Source of the DNA: Tetramitus jugosus
Lineage: Eukaryota; Protista; Heterolobosea
DNA length: 64,000 nt
NCBI GenBank assembly: GCA_937625935.1
Contig: OW569362.1
Location: 248,001-312,000 of the forward strand
Direction: 5' to 3'
The translations under genes and the position numbers were made by a program. Shown piece by piece: positions 62,050 to 64,000 of the stretch (its first letter is position 1; every line of letters begins with the position of its first letter). The notes below the pieces were generated by a model that was not told where the DNA came from, did not search any database, and saw only the letters and a list, made by a program, of their open reading frames with translations.

Positions 62050-63928
62050 ATGTCTCTTCGTCTGTCTCAAACCGCCGCATCAAAGGTCAACCAATGCAAG
62101 AAGGTTGCTGCCCCATTGCTTAAACAACAACAGAGATTTGCTTCTGTGAACCCAGTTGTCCAACATCATGAAAAATTGAGGGTACGGTATCAAAAATGAT
62201 CGTCATTATTAAGGTGTCATTTTTATGTTCCGCCACATCTTTGATGATGCAAAAGCTAACATGTCATTTTTTCATTTTTTTCGCATCATTTTTTCTCCAT
62301 CCATGCAACCTTGCAACCTATCATACGAAATATGAACATCCAATCACCAATACGATACTATTGAAAATTTGAATCGAAACAAACGATATATGAATAATAA
62401 TAATACAAAATACAAAATACGAACCTATGTTTATCTCTGTTGAATGTGTATGACATCATGATATGATAGCCAACCGTTCAAGTAGATCCTCTTGAGCCAA
62501 TTCAATTCCCTAGACAGAGACCTGGTATCGAGTATGATTTGAACTGGAGTTTAGTCCCATTGCAAATCACACCTTATCACGACTCATTCAGAAATGCAAG
62601 TGTTGAAAATTTGTTGAAGCGTGCCTATGGTGAAATCAAGGAGAACAGTTCTCTCTTGTTCAATGCCTCTACCACTGAAACCACCGCCACTGCCACCACT
62701 ACTGAATATCAAAAGTTGATTACTTTCCAACCTGAAGAACTACAGACCAATTGGAAGATTTTCGCACCAAAGTTCCACAGAAGAGTTCAAAGAGATGTGT
62801 GTATCATGATACTATTGTCATTGTAATTTTTGTTATATTTGTAATTGTTGATATTGGTGTGATGATGATGATGAAAATTGACACATTCTATTTGGTTGTT
62901 ATTGTGATTGTTTACATTAGGTTGCTTACTATTTGACTCATGCTCCATCTTCATTTGTTCAAGATGGTGATTTTGGATATGGTGTTAAATTGAGAGTGAT
63001 AACAGACAATGCAAACACTGGTCTCATTTTGAAGAATTTGATCTTGTCTACACGCAGATTGTCTGCTGTTGAATTCAAGTATGATGCATTGGTGTTCCAT
63101 GCTCCAGGATACCAATTCACACCAAACAATGTTGTTGAAGAATTCAACGGACCAAAGCCAGCTGACTTGGGATTGACCAATGATCAATTTGTCATGTTGA
63201 ACGATCAAGAAAACAGAGTGACCATTGGAGGTGTCAATGATTTGAATGTTTTGATTGATTCTATTGTTCATTTGACTTCAAAGGCTGCTTTGGCCAAGGG
63301 ATCTATCATTCTTCCATCTGATGCCATCATTTCAAAGAATGGAGCCGTTACATTGATTGTGAACAATAATGGTGATGATGCCGCTCAAGTCAGAAAGAAT
63401 GCCCTGGCCAAGACCAACTCCAAGCACTACTCCCTATATTCATCACATCACAACATGTTGAGCAAGGATGGATTGAGCAGAGTTTGGAACGGTTCCAGAG
63501 TTGTTGTCGACAGTGCCACATTCAACAAGCTCAAGTTGGGTGCTGGTGACGTTGTCGAAAGCATCAACGGAGGTAAGCAATATATTGTCACAACAAAGGA
63601 CAGCGTCAGACCAACTGTCGTCAAGGCTCCATCCACCATTGTCTTCATGGTCAAGGACAGTTCCAACAATGTGCCAACTCTTGGACAAATCAATGCCGAA
63701 ACTGCAAAGAACTTGCTTGTGAGCGGAAAGGCAAACTTCCCAGAGCTATCAGCAGACAATGTGAAACAAGTGTTTGATCAGTTGACATCCAATGTTCAAT
63801 TCTATGTGGTCAACAGTTCCTATGACAACAAGACCATTGCTCAAGCTGTTGACTCTGTTGCATCTGGATCTGTTAAGTCTGCATCTGCTGCTGATTCAGC
63901 TGTGCAAGCTTTCTTGGGGGGTAAGTAA
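62050..63928 (+). CDS. Mitochondrion-targeted PEPCK(ATP)-like protein lacking catalytic motifs; exons 62050-62181, 62470-62796, 62921-63928
   Basis: Two phase-0 introns (62182-62469, 62797-62920) join three ORFs. Presequence MSLRLSQTAASK..QQRFAS, then FPRQRPGIEYDLNWSL..FRN and FVQDG..KLRVITDN. No GLSGTGKT P-loop. Confidence 0.75.
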
Positions 63929-64000
63929 ATAACGGGAAATAATAATGAACCACACATATCTATGTAAACATAAAATGAAAATGAATTGTCATTTGCTTTC

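Noticed and set aside
351-63759. Many short overlapping or antisense ORFs in the six-frame track
   Set aside because: They are shadows of real genes on the opposite strand or in other frames, favoured by codon bias and trinucleotide tracts.
1-64000. Alternative genetic code, CRISPR arrays, tRNA/rRNA genes, transposons, viral inserts or operon-like clusters
   Set aside because: All three stop codons terminate conserved genes normally, and ORF breaks resolve as GT-AG introns. I saw no repeat-spacer arrays, cloverleafs, terminal repeats or transposase/RT motifs. Neighbouring genes are functionally unrelated.

Overview
Gene-dense eukaryotic nuclear DNA from a protist. It uses the standard code, has short intergenic gaps, and contains about 12 short GT-AG introns (55-295 nt), several with CTAAC-like branch points. 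About 38 protein-coding genes are supported. Many ORFs in the supplied track are exons that I joined by hand. The gene set suggests a Naegleria-like heterolobosean amoeboflagellate (inference only): cycloartenol-type oxidosqualene cyclase, RWP-RK and TALE transcription factors, rotatin, small-GTPase fusions and RCC1 repeats. Housekeeping genes include VPS26 (partial), DDX3/Ded1, a Rac-like GTPase, a DCAF8-like WD40 protein, an UNC-93-like transporter, cofilin, TMA16, DAD1, GPKOW, a Qc-SNARE, CNOT11, TFB4, GST-zeta, TCF25, DMAP1, cytidine deaminase and peptide deformylase. I found no rRNA, tRNA, CRISPR array or intact mobile element. I could not identify one coherent multi-gene novel system. 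The most unusual items are a myristoylated F-box/Ras-like GTPase fusion, a SMARCAL1/ZRANB3-type helicase with two GRF zinc fingers next to a stand-alone RNA ligase, three apparent pseudo-enzymes (PEPCK-like, acyl-CoA-ligase-like, and an SDR with Tyr>Phe), a GTPase split by low-complexity inserts, a GNAT with a PTS1 signal, E2F-like promoter sites and a TGACA cluster. All family calls come from motif recognition by eye; no database search was run.
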